32,000 nucleotides of DNA from the NCBI GenBank assembly GCA_963931495.1, contig OZ007020.1, positions 1 through 32,000 of the forward strand. Reading direction: 5' to 3'. The position numbers and the translations under genes are program-made. The notes under the pieces were generated by a model. That model saw only the letters and a program-made list of their open reading frames with translations. It was not told the origin of the DNA and ran no database searches. Positions 7,713-17,600 of this stretch are shown here, piece by piece; the first letter of the stretch is position 1; each line of letters starts with the position of its first letter. The stretch is from an uncultured Alphaproteobacteria bacterium. GTDB lineage: Bacteria > Pseudomonadota > Alphaproteobacteria > Rs-D84.

Positions 7713-9302
7713 TTGGGACAATTGAAAAAATTTTCTATGTTTTTATTAACACTGCCGTTGATGGGCTGCACAACTGTGCCAACATCAACCACAGACAAGC
7801 GCCTGGAAAACTATACACCAAAAATTACAGCATCTGACTTTCAATACGACCCGATGCAGACGCCAATTGCCAAATGCTATGCCCGGGAACTGAATTCCCG
7901 CGATGGAATCAGTGGCGCAACATTGATTGAAGATGGACTGTCGGCATTCGTTATCCGTGCCGCATTCGCGCGCATGGCAACCAAGACAATTGATTTACAA
8001 ACATATATTTACAGTAATGACTTTTCGTCCAAGGTTTTAATCGCTGAACTGAAACGCGCCGCTGACCGTGGGGTCAAGGTGCGCATATTGCTGGATGATT
8101 ATGGAACAAAATCCGATATCGTGGATGTAATGCTGTTGAATCAGCACCCGAATATTGAGGTAAAAGTTTTTAATCCGGTTGCAAATCGTTCACGACTGTT
8201 ATATTACCCACAGTTCTTGATGGACTTTAATCGTCTGAATTCACGGATGCACAACAAACTGTTCATTGTTGATAATATCGCATATATCACCGGCGGCCGT
8301 AATGTTGGCAGTAATTATTTCTATCCAGAAACCGCGGCAAATTTTTCTGATACAGACGTATTATTCATTGGTGACATGACAAAATATGCAACCGCCAGTT
8401 TTGATGAATATTGGAACTATCACCTGTCTGTGCCGGCCGCAGTGTTCCCCAAGGCAAAATCAAAAAAAGATTTACGCAAGTTGGAAAAAAAGCTTGAAAA
8501 CGCCGAACAAGAACGCGCCAGCGCAGCAATGGAATATAACAAAATTATAACACTGGCACAAAACGAATATAAAAAGAAAAAATTTGATTTCAGTTGGGGA
8601 TATGGGAAATTCTTGGCCGATCCGCCGTCCAAGGTTGAAATGTCAATGAACGAAAAAGAAAAATATCGCGGTGATATAATTCGTGCATTGCAAACACTGT
8701 GGTCGGACACCAAGGATTCTGTATACATGTCGGCGGCATATTTTGTCCCGGGCCAAGGCGGTTTGGAACATATGCTGAACGAAGAAAAATCTGGGGTACA
8801 CATCACAATTGTAACAAATTCACTGGCATCAACAAATGCGCCAACTGTGTATGCAAAATGGGAAAAGTACAGAAAAGATTTAATTAAATCAGGGGCTGAT
8901 GTTTACGAATTCATGTTGTCCGCAGAAAATCTGCGCGGCAAAGAACACGACCGCGAACGCAAACAGTCCAGTTTTTCTGTGTTGCACAGCAAAACAATTG
9001 TGTTTGATGACGATATTTCTTGGATTGGCAGTTTTAATCTGGACCCGCGCAGCGCATATTACAACACAGAAAACGTCGCAATATTTGAAAGTCGCGAATT
9101 CGCCGACAAACTGCGCCAGATGATTATAAATGACACCAAAACATCATGGCGGGTCACCCTGGATGAAAATGATGACACCATATGGACCGGCAGTCGCCCC
9201 GGCGACAAACAGCCACGTGTATATCACCACAGCCCAGACACATCAGTATTCCGCCGGTTTTGGAAAATACTGACCAATCTGGTCCCAGAAAAATTTGTGT
9301 AA
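7713..9302 (+). CDS. Phospholipase D / cardiolipin-synthase superfamily lipoprotein (two HKD motifs)
   Basis: Two HxKxxxxD motifs are present: MHNKLFIVDNIAYITGGRNVGSNY and LHSKTIVFDDDISWIGSFNLDPRS. The N-terminus MGQLKKFSMFLLTLPLMGC has a lipobox LMGC. The TTG start at 7713 is supported by AGGTGA 4 nt upstream; an alternative ATG at 7737 has no RBS. Confidence 0.85.
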   Translation: MGQLKKFSMFLLTLPLMGCTTVPTSTTDKRLENYTPKITASDFQYDPMQTPIAKCYARELNSRDGISGATLIEDGLSAFVIRAAFARMATKTIDLQTYIYSNDFSSKVLIAELKRAADRGVKVRILLDDYGTKSDIVDVMLLNQHPNIEVKVFNPVANRSRLLYYPQFLMDFNRLNSRMHNKLFIVDNIAYITGGRNVGSNYFYPETAANFSDTDVLFIGDMTKYATASFDEYWNYHLSVPAAVFPKAKSKKDLRKLEKKLENAEQERASAAMEYNKIITLAQNEYKKKKFDFSWGYGKFLADPPSKVEMSMNEKEKYRGDIIRALQTLWSDTKDSVYMSAAYFVPGQGGLEHMLNEEKSGVHITIVTNSLASTNAPTVYAKWEKYRKDLIKSGADVYEFMLSAENLRGKEHDRERKQSSFSVLHSKTIVFDDDISWIGSFNLDPRSAYYNTENVAIFESREFADKLRQMIINDTKTSWRVTLDENDDTIWTGSRPGDKQPRVYHHSPDTSVFRRFWKILTNLVPEKFV

Positions 9303-9501
9303 AGCATGTTTTGCCTGGTAAATTAAACAGCATACGCATCAGCCGTCGCACAGAACGACAAAAATAATCTTTATTTATGCCACTGGATAAATAATGCGAC
9401 GGGTACGTATTCCGAAAAAATAGATTCTGTACCAGTTAATATAGAACCCTGTTATACACACAAATAATACAACCAAGGCACGTCAGCGAATACCAGCATC
9501 T

Positions 9502-9831
9502 TTAATGATGCGACATCAAATGTAAAATTATGCTGATTACAAACAATGCGGTCACAACCCCCAGTATTATTTTTTGGGTACGATGACTGTGCGCGCCATG
9601 ACAATCATCACATGTGCAATGACAATCACGAATAACTAAATACCACGAAAATGCCAACATTGCCCCAGAAAATACAAACAACCATGGTTCAACCCAGTGC
9701 GGAATAAATTCTGCGTGCGCGATTTCTGGGGCAAACAATCCGATGACCGACAACGTTATCGGTAATACACAACAAAACAAGTGTGGCAAAATACTGGCAA
9801 TAATTCCGATTTTAATGGCTTTGTTTTTCAT
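9502..9831 (-). CDS. Small three-TM membrane protein with Cys/His-rich motifs (MerC-like, tentative)
   Basis: 109 aa. TM1 carries PHLFCCVLP. A loop CHCTCDDCHGAHSH lies between TM2 and TM3. The C-terminus is HLMSHH. Confidence 0.55.
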   Translation of the reverse strand: MKNKAIKIGIIASILPHLFCCVLPITLSVIGLFAPEIAHAEFIPHWVEPWLFVFSGAMLAFSWYLVIRDCHCTCDDCHGAHSHRTQKIILGVVTALFVISIILHLMSHH

Positions 9832-9847
9832 TATAAATCCCCCAAAG

Positions 9848-9923
9848 TGGTATCCCCAACAGGACTTGAACCTGTATCAAGGGTTTAGGAAACCCTTGTT
9901 CTATCCAGTTGAACTATGGGGAC
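9848..9923 (-). tRNA. tRNA-Arg (anticodon CCU)
   Basis: The reverse complement folds as a 76-nt cloverleaf. Acceptor GTCCCCA/TGGGGAT, D arm GTTC/GAAC, anticodon stem AGGGT/ACCCT with loop TTCCTAA, T arm ACAGG-TTCAAGT-CCTGT, and an encoded CCA. Confidence 0.85.
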
Positions 9924-9955
9924 ATTGCACTATATTTTATTCACAGATTTTAATA

Positions 9956-9984
9956 TTGCAAGTTCTATTCACGGCTTGTATAAT
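9956..9984 (+). promoter_or_regulatory. Candidate promoter for fabH-ihfA
   Basis: TTGCAA (9956-9961), a 17-nt spacer, then TATAAT (9979-9984). A GGAAGG RBS precedes the ATG at 10011. Confidence 0.5.
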
Positions 9985-10010
9985 ACCACGGCAAAAAAAA
10001 GGAAGGTTTA

Positions 10011-10949
10011 ATGGGAAGCAGACTGATTGGATATGGTTCTTATCTGCCTGAACGGGTTATGACCAATCATGATTTTGAAAAAATTATGGATACGTCTGAT
10101 GAATGGATTGTACAACGTACAGGGATGCGTGAACGGCACTTTGCGCGCGATGACGAAACAGTTGTTGATATGGCAACCATTGCCGCACAACGCGCATTAA
10201 AAAATGCCAACATAACAATTAATGATATTGATATGCTGATTGTTGCAACAACAACACCGGAACTGGATTTTCCATCTGTCGGGGTCCAGATTCTGGGGCG
10301 TTTGGGCGCAACAAACAATGCACCGGCATTTGATGTTCGTGGTGCATGTACCGGATATATATATGCACTGCATTGTGCACGTGCGTTTTTTACCGCGGGC
10401 ATCCATCGGCGCATCATGCTGGTTGGTGCAGAAAAAATGTCACGATTTATTGACTGGAACGATCGCAGCACCGCCGTACTGTTCGGCGATGGTGCCGGCG
10501 CATTGATTTTTGAACATTCTGGGTCCAGTTATTCAGGAATTATTGATACCGTCGTTATGTCTGATGGTTCAGAATTTGATATGTTACACGGTTCCCCTGA
10601 TCATCACATTATCATGAATGGGCCGGAAACATATAAAAAGGCTGTGACATTGATGCCTGATGCCGCCAGTTATATTATGGACCACGCCGGCATCACGGCC
10701 GAAAATGTTGATTGGATTGTCCCGCACCAGGCAAATCTGCGCATTATACACAGCGGGGCCCAGCGTTTAGGATTTCCATTGGAAAAAATTCTGGTGACAG
10801 TTGACAAACATGCAAATACCAGCGGGGCATCTGGGGTGCTTGCATTATCATACGCATTTGATAATAATATAATCAAGAAAGGACAACTTGTTCTGTATCC
10901 TGCGTTCGGCAGTGGACTGACATGGGGTGCGGCATTAATCAGGGTGTAA
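10011..10949 (+). CDS. fabH: 3-oxoacyl-ACP synthase III (FabH)
   Basis: 312 aa. The N-terminus GYGSYLPERVMTNHDFEKIMDTSDEWIVQRTGMRERH is typical. The catalytic Cys lies in GACTGYIYAL, His in VPHQANLRI and Asn in HANTSGAS. Confidence 0.95.
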   Translation: MGSRLIGYGSYLPERVMTNHDFEKIMDTSDEWIVQRTGMRERHFARDDETVVDMATIAAQRALKNANITINDIDMLIVATTTPELDFPSVGVQILGRLGATNNAPAFDVRGACTGYIYALHCARAFFTAGIHRRIMLVGAEKMSRFIDWNDRSTAVLFGDGAGALIFEHSGSSYSGIIDTVVMSDGSEFDMLHGSPDHHIIMNGPETYKKAVTLMPDAASYIMDHAGITAENVDWIVPHQANLRIIHSGAQRLGFPLEKILVTVDKHANTSGASGVLALSYAFDNNIIKKGQLVLYPAFGSGLTWGAALIRV

Positions 10950-10953
10950 AAAA

Positions 10954-11241
10954 ATGGCAACGATAACAAGAAACGATTTTGCAAACAGATTACGCGAACG
11001 CTTTGGATTAACAACAGCCGATGCGTACAAGTTAATTGATATTATATTTGAAGAAATCAGTGAATCTTTGATTCATGGCGAAGATGTTAAATTTGCTGGG
11101 TTCGGTACGTTCAAAATTTTGAATAAAAATCAACGTTTGGGACGCAACCCGAAAACAGGCGAACCGGCAATAATCACTGCACGGCGTGTGGCGTCTTTTC
11201 GCCCCAGCAATGAATTCCGCCAACGGGTCGCAAAACAGTAA
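10954..11241 (+). CDS. ihfA: Integration host factor subunit alpha (HU/IHF family)
   Basis: 95 aa. GFGTFKILNKNQRLGRNPKTGEPAIITARRVASFRPS matches the IHF-alpha DNA-binding arm. Its position just after fabH matches alphaproteobacterial gene order. Confidence 0.85.
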   Translation: MATITRNDFANRLRERFGLTTADAYKLIDIIFEEISESLIHGEDVKFAGFGTFKILNKNQRLGRNPKTGEPAIITARRVASFRPSNEFRQRVAKQ

Positions 11242-11247
11242 AAAAAC

Positions 11248-11270
11248 ACCGGCAAATGCCGGTATTTTTT
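11248..11270 (+). terminator. Rho-independent terminator after ihfA
   Basis: Stem accggc/gccggt with loop aaat, followed by A then T6. Confidence 0.65.
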
Positions 11271-11382
11271 ATGTAATAAAATAACTGTGGGAAATCTGTC
11301 TTGTTTATTATGTTGTGATGCTTGATTAAAATTTCTGGGGTACCTGATTACATATGTCAACAACAAAAAAAGGAGAGAGAAT

Positions 11383-13155
11383 ATGTATCACAGCAATGGA
11401 AATTATGAAGCATTCGCCAATCCGTTACCCCCCGCAGATGCAAATAAAAAATCTGCATATATTGTTGGTGGTGGGCTGGCCGGATTGGCCGCAGCGGTTT
11501 TTATGATCCGCGATGGTAAAATGCGTGGTAATAAAATTCATATTTTTGAAGAACTGCCCATCGCCGGGGGCAGTATGGACGGCATAAAAAATCCACAACG
11601 TGGCTTTATCATTCGTGGCGGACGCGAAATGGAGGCACATTTTGAAACACTGTGGGATTTGTTCCGTTCAATCCCATCATTGGAAAATCCAGATATATCT
11701 GTGCTGGATGAATTTTATTGGCTGAATAAATCAGACCCCAGTTTTTCGCACTGTCGCGCAATTGAACGCCGCGGGCACCGCATGAAAGACGACGGAAAAT
11801 TAACCCTGGGGCCAACCGCAATTCGCGAACTGATTGATCTGGCACTGACCCCCGAAGAAAAATTACAAGATGTCAAAATAAACCAAGTTTTTGGTGACGA
11901 ATTTTTTGAATCTAATTTCTGGCTGTATTGGGCAACAATGTTCGCATTTGAAAAATGGTCCAGCGCAATGGAAATGCGACGCTATATCTTGCGTTTTATT
12001 CATCATGTTGGAAAACTGGCCGATATGTCTGCATTAAAATTTACTAAATATAACCAATATGAATCATTAATAACCCCGCTGGTACGATGGCTGGAATCAC
12101 ATGGGGTGAAATTTCATTTTGATACAACCGTAACAAATGTTCGCGTCAGTTGCCGTCAAAATAAAAAAATTGCGCAAAAAATAGAAATGATAAAGTCTGG
12201 TCGTAAACGTGAAATTAAACTGACCCAGGACGATATGGTGTTTATAACAAATGGTTCTATTACCGAAAGCACGACATATGGCGATAACGATACCCCAGCA
12301 GATACCACGCATGAACTGGGCGCGTCATGGCAATTGTGGAAAAATATGGCGGCACAATGCGACGAATTCGGCCATCCTGAAAAATTCTGTGAAAATATTC
12401 CAGATGCTAATTGGGTAATATCTGCGACGATTACGTTAACAGACGATACCGTTGTGCCGTATATTGAAAAAATATGCAAAAAAAATCCACACAGTGGTTC
12501 TATTGTCAGCAGTGGCCCTGTTACAATCAAAGACTCTAATTGGTTATACGGATTCAGTATTTCGCGCCAACCACATTTTCGTGCACAAAAACCAAACGAA
12601 ATTGTTGTCTGGACATATGGATTACTGTCCGATACAGATGGTAACTATGTCAAAAAGAAAATCACAGAATGCACAGGCGCAGAACTGTGCGCAGAATGGC
12701 TGTATCATATCGGGGTGCCAGAATCACAAATAGAAGATATCGCACACAATCGTTCCAGCACTGTCCCATCACATATGCCGTATATAACAACATACTTTAT
12801 GCCACGCGCAAATGGCGACAGACCGTTGGTTGTGCCGAAAAATTCTGTGAATTTAGCCTTTATCGGTAATTACGCAGAAACAGAACGTGATACTGTGTTC
12901 ACCACGGAATATTCTGTACGTACCGCAATGGAAGCCGTTTATACTTTACTGAATCTGGACCGCGGCGTACCCGAAGTCTTTGATTCTTGTTTTGATATAC
13001 GTATGCTGTTACAAAGTGTGTATTATCTGAACGATTGTAAAAAATTGAATCAAATTGATGTGCCGTGGGTGTTAAAATTGCTGGAAAAGCAAGGTATGAA
13101 GCATGTCACCGGCACGTATTTGGAACAATTATTACGTGATGCAAAATTGATATAA
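11383..13155 (+). CDS. ohyA: Oleate hydratase (MCRA / myosin-cross-reactive-antigen family, FAD-dependent)
   Basis: 590 aa. The N-terminus MYHSNGNYEAFANP...KKSAYIVGGGLAGLAAAVFMIRDGKMRGNKIHIFEELPIAGGSMDG is characteristic of MCRA-family oleate hydratases and includes the GxGxxG FAD motif. A strong AAGGAGAGAG RBS is present. Confidence 0.9.
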   Translation: MYHSNGNYEAFANPLPPADANKKSAYIVGGGLAGLAAAVFMIRDGKMRGNKIHIFEELPIAGGSMDGIKNPQRGFIIRGGREMEAHFETLWDLFRSIPSLENPDISVLDEFYWLNKSDPSFSHCRAIERRGHRMKDDGKLTLGPTAIRELIDLALTPEEKLQDVKINQVFGDEFFESNFWLYWATMFAFEKWSSAMEMRRYILRFIHHVGKLADMSALKFTKYNQYESLITPLVRWLESHGVKFHFDTTVTNVRVSCRQNKKIAQKIEMIKSGRKREIKLTQDDMVFITNGSITESTTYGDNDTPADTTHELGASWQLWKNMAAQCDEFGHPEKFCENIPDANWVISATITLTDDTVVPYIEKICKKNPHSGSIVSSGPVTIKDSNWLYGFSISRQPHFRAQKPNEIVVWTYGLLSDTDGNYVKKKITECTGAELCAEWLYHIGVPESQIEDIAHNRSSTVPSHMPYITTYFMPRANGDRPLVVPKNSVNLAFIGNYAETERDTVFTTEYSVRTAMEAVYTLLNLDRGVPEVFDSCFDIRMLLQSVYYLNDCKKLNQIDVPWVLKLLEKQGMKHVTGTYLEQLLRDAKLI

Positions 13156-13180
13156 AAAACGGGGCAATGCCCCGTTTTTA
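13154..13180. terminator. Bidirectional terminator shared by convergent ohyA and plsX
   Basis: A 7-bp stem acggggc/gccccgt (13159-13175) with loop aat, flanked by A6 upstream and T4 downstream. Confidence 0.7.
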
Positions 13181-14245
13181 TTCATCATTCATTCCAATTT
13201 GTGCGCGAATTTTCGCCACAGATTGGGCACGCGCCGCAATTACATCATTCAAATTCGCACCCGTTAAATCAGACGCGTATTTTATTGAATTCGCAAATGC
13301 CAATGCATCACTGTTACCATGGGTTTTTACGGCAAATCCCTTTAATCCCAAGAATGTTGCACCGGCATACGAACGTGGGTCAATCTTGTTCTTTAACCGT
13401 TTGAATACATGAACCAAGAAAAACGCGCCAATTATCGCCAAGACCGACTTTTTCAAATTATCAACCAAAACGCGCTTGATTAATTTCGCGGTGCCTTCAA
13501 CCGTCTTTAATACAATATTACCGGTAAAGCCGTCTGTCACAACAACCTGGACATTACCACCGCCGATATCATTACCTTCTACGAATCCGATGTAATCATA
13601 TGGCAATTCATCTTTGTGCGCCATCAGCAATTTATTTAATTTTTGCAGTGTTTCGTTACCTTTTGTGGCTTCTTCCCCGATGTTCAAAACACCAACCTTT
13701 GGCCGGGGCATATGGCCAATAATTTCGGCATACACACTGCCCAAAATGGCAAAATCAAATAAATCACCTTCGTCACAGTGGACATTGGCCCCCAAATCTA
13801 AAACCACCACGCGTGAATCACCACCCCCAGACGGCAGCATCGTTGTTATCGCCGGACGCGAAATCCCGTCAATCGTTTTCAGTGCCAGTTTTGACAGCGA
13901 CATTAAAATCCCAGTATTACCAGCACTGACCACCGCAGCCGCATTACCGTCGCGCACATCTTTGATTGCCATGTACATGGATGTATCTTGGGCATGGCGA
14001 ATTACTTCACGAATTTTATCGGTACCCTTTATCACATTCGGTGCATCAATAACTTCGCAATTACGGGCAACACGCGGATATTTAATCAGCATTTCGCGCA
14101 ATGTTTTTTCCGGTCCAAACAGACGAAAAAACACACGATCTTCGCCATTTTGGTACAAGAACTGGTTCATTCCACCCAGAACAGCATTTGGGCCTTTATC
14201 GCCCCCCATTGCGTCAATTGCTATGATTTTTTTTGTTTTTGACAT
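13178..14245 (-). CDS. plsX: Phosphate acyltransferase PlsX
   Basis: 355 aa. IAIDAMGGDKGPNAVLGG at the N-terminus plus GNTGILM and DGFTGNIVLKT are typical PlsX motifs. The gene lies downstream of rpmF. Confidence 0.95.
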   Translation of the reverse strand: MSKTKKIIAIDAMGGDKGPNAVLGGMNQFLYQNGEDRVFFRLFGPEKTLREMLIKYPRVARNCEVIDAPNVIKGTDKIREVIRHAQDTSMYMAIKDVRDGNAAAVVSAGNTGILMSLSKLALKTIDGISRPAITTMLPSGGGDSRVVVLDLGANVHCDEGDLFDFAILGSVYAEIIGHMPRPKVGVLNIGEEATKGNETLQKLNKLLMAHKDELPYDYIGFVEGNDIGGGNVQVVVTDGFTGNIVLKTVEGTAKLIKRVLVDNLKKSVLAIIGAFFLVHVFKRLKNKIDPRSYAGATFLGLKGFAVKTHGNSDALAFANSIKYASDLTGANLNDVIAARAQSVAKIRAQIGMNDE

Positions 14246-14258
14246 TTTGCAGTAAAAA

Positions 14259-14297
14259 GGCAGAATGGCACCAAGATTTTACGTGCCTGATTCTGCC
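14259..14297 (-). terminator. Intercistronic hairpin plus U-run between rpmF and plsX (possible attenuator or partial terminator)
   Basis: Minus strand reads ggcagaat-ca-ggcac [loop] gtgcc-attctgcc, followed by TTTTT, which ends 8 nt upstream of the plsX ATG. Confidence 0.4.
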
Positions 14298-14316
14298 ATT
14301 TATCCTTTGCGTTATA

Positions 14317-14466
14317 TTATTTTGCGCCGCACGCCGGGCATACGTGATGCGGACGTTTCTTTTCACCGCACTTTTTGCATACTGTGCACGGCATTACTGC
14401 CAACGCATCGTGTGAACGACGTTGGGCCGAACGTGCCTTACTTGTTTTACTTTTTGGCGTTGCCAT
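14317..14466 (-). CDS. rpmF: 50S ribosomal protein L32, zinc-ribbon (CxxC...CxxC) form, 49 aa
   Basis: Below the ORF-track cutoff, so translated by hand: MATPKSKTSKARSAQRRSHDALAVMPCTVCKKCGEKKRPHHVCPACGAK*. The N-terminal KxKxSKxRxxxRRSH and RPHHVCxxCG motifs are L32 signatures. It lies upstream of plsX, as is usual. Confidence 0.85.
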   Translation of the reverse strand: MATPKSKTSKARSAQRRSHDALAVMPCTVCKKCGEKKRPHHVCPACGAK

Positions 14467-14495
14467 TTTACAATCCTTTTTATTTACAATTTGCT

Positions 14496-14523
14496 ATTTT
14501 ATTAAAATATTGTGCATTTGCAA
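14496..14523 (-). promoter_or_regulatory. Candidate promoter for rpmF-plsX
   Basis: Minus strand reads TTGCAA (14523-14518), a 16-nt spacer, then TAAAAT (14501-14496). Confidence 0.35.
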
Positions 14524-14552
14524 GGAAAACTTTAATTCCCAATTTCCGAACA

Positions 14553-14590
14553 TATGCCCAGTGGAAAGTAAAACTGTCACACTGGGCATA
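14553..14590 (-). other. 11-bp stem-loop downstream of rpoC (no U-tract)
   Basis: tatgcccagtg (14553-14563) pairs with cactgggcata (14580-14590) around a 16-nt loop. It is the only strong structure between the rpoC stop and rpmF. Confidence 0.35.
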
Positions 14591-14615
14591 CGGTTATTTT
14601 GGCCATCGGTTCATA

Positions 14616-17600
14616 TTATATATCCAACAATTGCTGTTGGGTTGCACCATCGCGTGCCAGTTTTTCCGCCTTTTCTTCTTCTTTGGCGATTTCACGAACG
14701 CGACGTACATATGCACCAGTTCCCACAGGTATCAAACGACCAACAATCAAGTTTTCGTTTATACCAACCAGTTTATCGGTTGCGCCACTGATTGCGGCAT
14801 CAACCAACACTTTGGTTGTCTGTTGGAACGACGCATTAGATATGAACGAACGTGACGTCAATGATGCACGCGTCAATCCAACCAATACCTGGGACGATAC
14901 CGCCGGACGACCACCATCACGTGTTACACGGGCATTTTCTTCTTCAAAATCAACACGGTCAACAACCTGGCCCATCAAGAATCCTGTATCACCCGGATTC
15001 GTGATTTCAACACGACGGGTCATTTCACGTATCAAGATTTCAATATGCTTGTCATTGATTGACACGCCCTGTAAACGATAAACCTGTTGAATTTGTTCAA
15101 CCATAAATGTTGCCAATGCCTTTTGTCCCAATATACGCAAAATATCTTGGGGTACCGGGTCACCGTCAACCAATTTATCAGCCTTTCTAACAACGTCACC
15201 ACTGCGCACCAGCAAATTTGTACCCTTTGGCACAACATATTCAACCGGCGCCGTACCATCATCTGGGACAATGCGTATCATAATCTTGGATTTTGCATCT
15301 TCCAGTTCAACTGTACCATCAATTTCGGCCAATAATGCCGGATTTGCCGGACGGCGCACTTCCAGTAATTCATTAACACGTGGCAGACCACCGGTAATAT
15401 CCCCTGTGCGCTTTGCCTGGACTGGAATACGCGCCAGAACATCGCCCGCCGCCACCGTTGCACCATTTGCCACATTCAACACAGAATATGTCGGCAACAA
15501 GTATTCCGCAACCTTTTTGCCACCCAGTGATATAACCTGGCCCTGGTCATCAACCAAGACAATCGCCGGATTCAGTGCCTTTTTGGTATTTGCGTTCCAA
15601 TTTATAACCTTGCGTGAAACGATACCAGTCATTGAATCTACTTCTTCTTGGTATGAAACATTTTCAATCAAGTCTTGGAACTGAACAGTACCGTCTTTTT
15701 CGGCGATTATTGTATTGGAATACGGATCCCATTCTGCGACCTTGGCGCCTTTTTCCACCCGGTCACCATCGTTGACAATCATCATCGCCGCATACGGAAT
15801 CTTGGTAGAGAACAGGTTTTCACCATTATCATCAACAACCGCCAATTCACCGTTACGCGACAACACAACAATACGTCCCGCAGAATTCTTGATAGTATTA
15901 ACATTTGTCAGTTTAATTGTACCGGCGACCGGAACTTCTATGAAATGGCTTTCTGCGCCCCCAGATGCAACACCACCGATGTGGAATGTACGCAACGTTA
16001 ACTGGGTTCCTGGTTCACCAATGGACTGACCAGCGATAACACCAACCGCTTCGCCAACATGAACCAGCGCATTGCGCGACAAATCCATACCATAGCATTT
16101 TGCACACAGACCGTCACTCTGACATGTCAGAACACTGCGCACATCAACAGACGGCAATCCAGATTCATTAATCTGGCGTGCAGCCACCTTGGTAATCAGT
16201 TCACCAGCAGGCACAATTACTTCCTTGGTAATCGGGTGCACAATATCATGCGCCGCCGTACGGCCCAAAACAACATCACCCAATGGCACCGCCAAAGAAC
16301 TGCCCTGGTATACCGGCTTTGCCGTGATAAATTCTGTTGTACCACAGTCATGTTCAGTAATAACTGTATTTTGCGCCAATTCAACCAAACGACGGGTCAA
16401 ATAACCTGCGTCCGCCGTTTTCAACGCCGTGTCCGACATACCCTTGCGCGCACCGTGGGTTGACGTAAAGTATTCCGACATGGTCAAACCTTCTTTGAAG
16501 TTTGAAATAATCGGAACTTCAATAATGGAACCATCGGGCTTCTGCATCATGCCACGCATACCGGCAACCTGTTGAATCTGGCGTTTAGAACCACGGGCCC
16601 CAGATTTAGCCATCATCCACACAGAATTCCAGTTGTCACCAGTATTTTTTTCTAGTGCAGTATATGCCAGATCACCAATTTTATCGGTTGTTTTCTGCCA
16701 CAGGTCAATCAATTTATTATGCCGTTCACCACTGGACAACAAACCGTTTTGATATTGCTGTTCAATTTCTTCGGCTTCTTTTTCCGTATCGGCAATAATA
16801 TCTTTCTTTTCATCTGGAACGACAATATCTTCATATCCGATGGAAATACCACTGCGCGCGGCCTGTTCAAAACCGGTATCTTTCAGTGCGTCTGCCAATA
16901 AAATCGTTGCCTTGTCGCCACAACGTTCATATGTCGTTGCCAACAGTGCCTTGATTTCACCAACCGGCATAACCTTGTTCACCAAATCAAATGGCATATT
17001 GTCAGATTTTGGTAACAATTCGCCCAGAATCATACGACCGGCGGTTGTTTTGTAAATCTTGCCATTAATACGCGCGACAATTGGTGTGTGCAATGTGATG
17101 GATTTGTTTTCCAACGCCATTTTCACTTCGTCCATATTGGCAAAGCGCGGTGATTTATCAGTATGTTCACCATTAATCAGCGAAATATAGTACACGCCCA
17201 ATACCATGTCTTGGGATGGCACAATCATCGGTTCACCATTTGCCGGCGATAAAATATTGTTTGACGACAGCATTAACGTACGCGCCTCCAGTTGCGCTTC
17301 CAATGAAATCGGAACGTGTACTGCCATCTGGTCACCGTCAAAGTCCGCATTAAATCCCTTACATACCAATGGATGCAGACGAATTGCCTTGCCTTCAATC
17401 AACACCGGTTCAAATGCCAACATTGACAATCTGTGCAACGATGGTTGACGATTTAACAATACAGGATGCTGGTAAATAACCTTTTCCAGGATTTCCCACA
17501 CAACATCTTCGCCATTTTCAACCATTTTACGTGCCGTTTTCAATGTATTTGCATAATCACCCGCCAACAAGCGTGCATAAACAAACGGCTTGAATAAATC

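Noticed and set aside
9743-10051. 102-aa plus-strand ORF spanning the tRNA-Arg gene and the fabH start
   Set aside because: It runs antisense through a tRNA gene and the MerC-like gene start and overlaps the fabH promoter and RBS, so it is spurious.
13614-14255. 213-aa plus-strand ORF (and an 84-aa ORF at 13988-14242) overlapping plsX
   Set aside because: It is antisense to a full-length, clearly recognisable plsX. Its composition is S/P/I-rich and junk-like, and it has no RBS. This is the typical shadow ORF.
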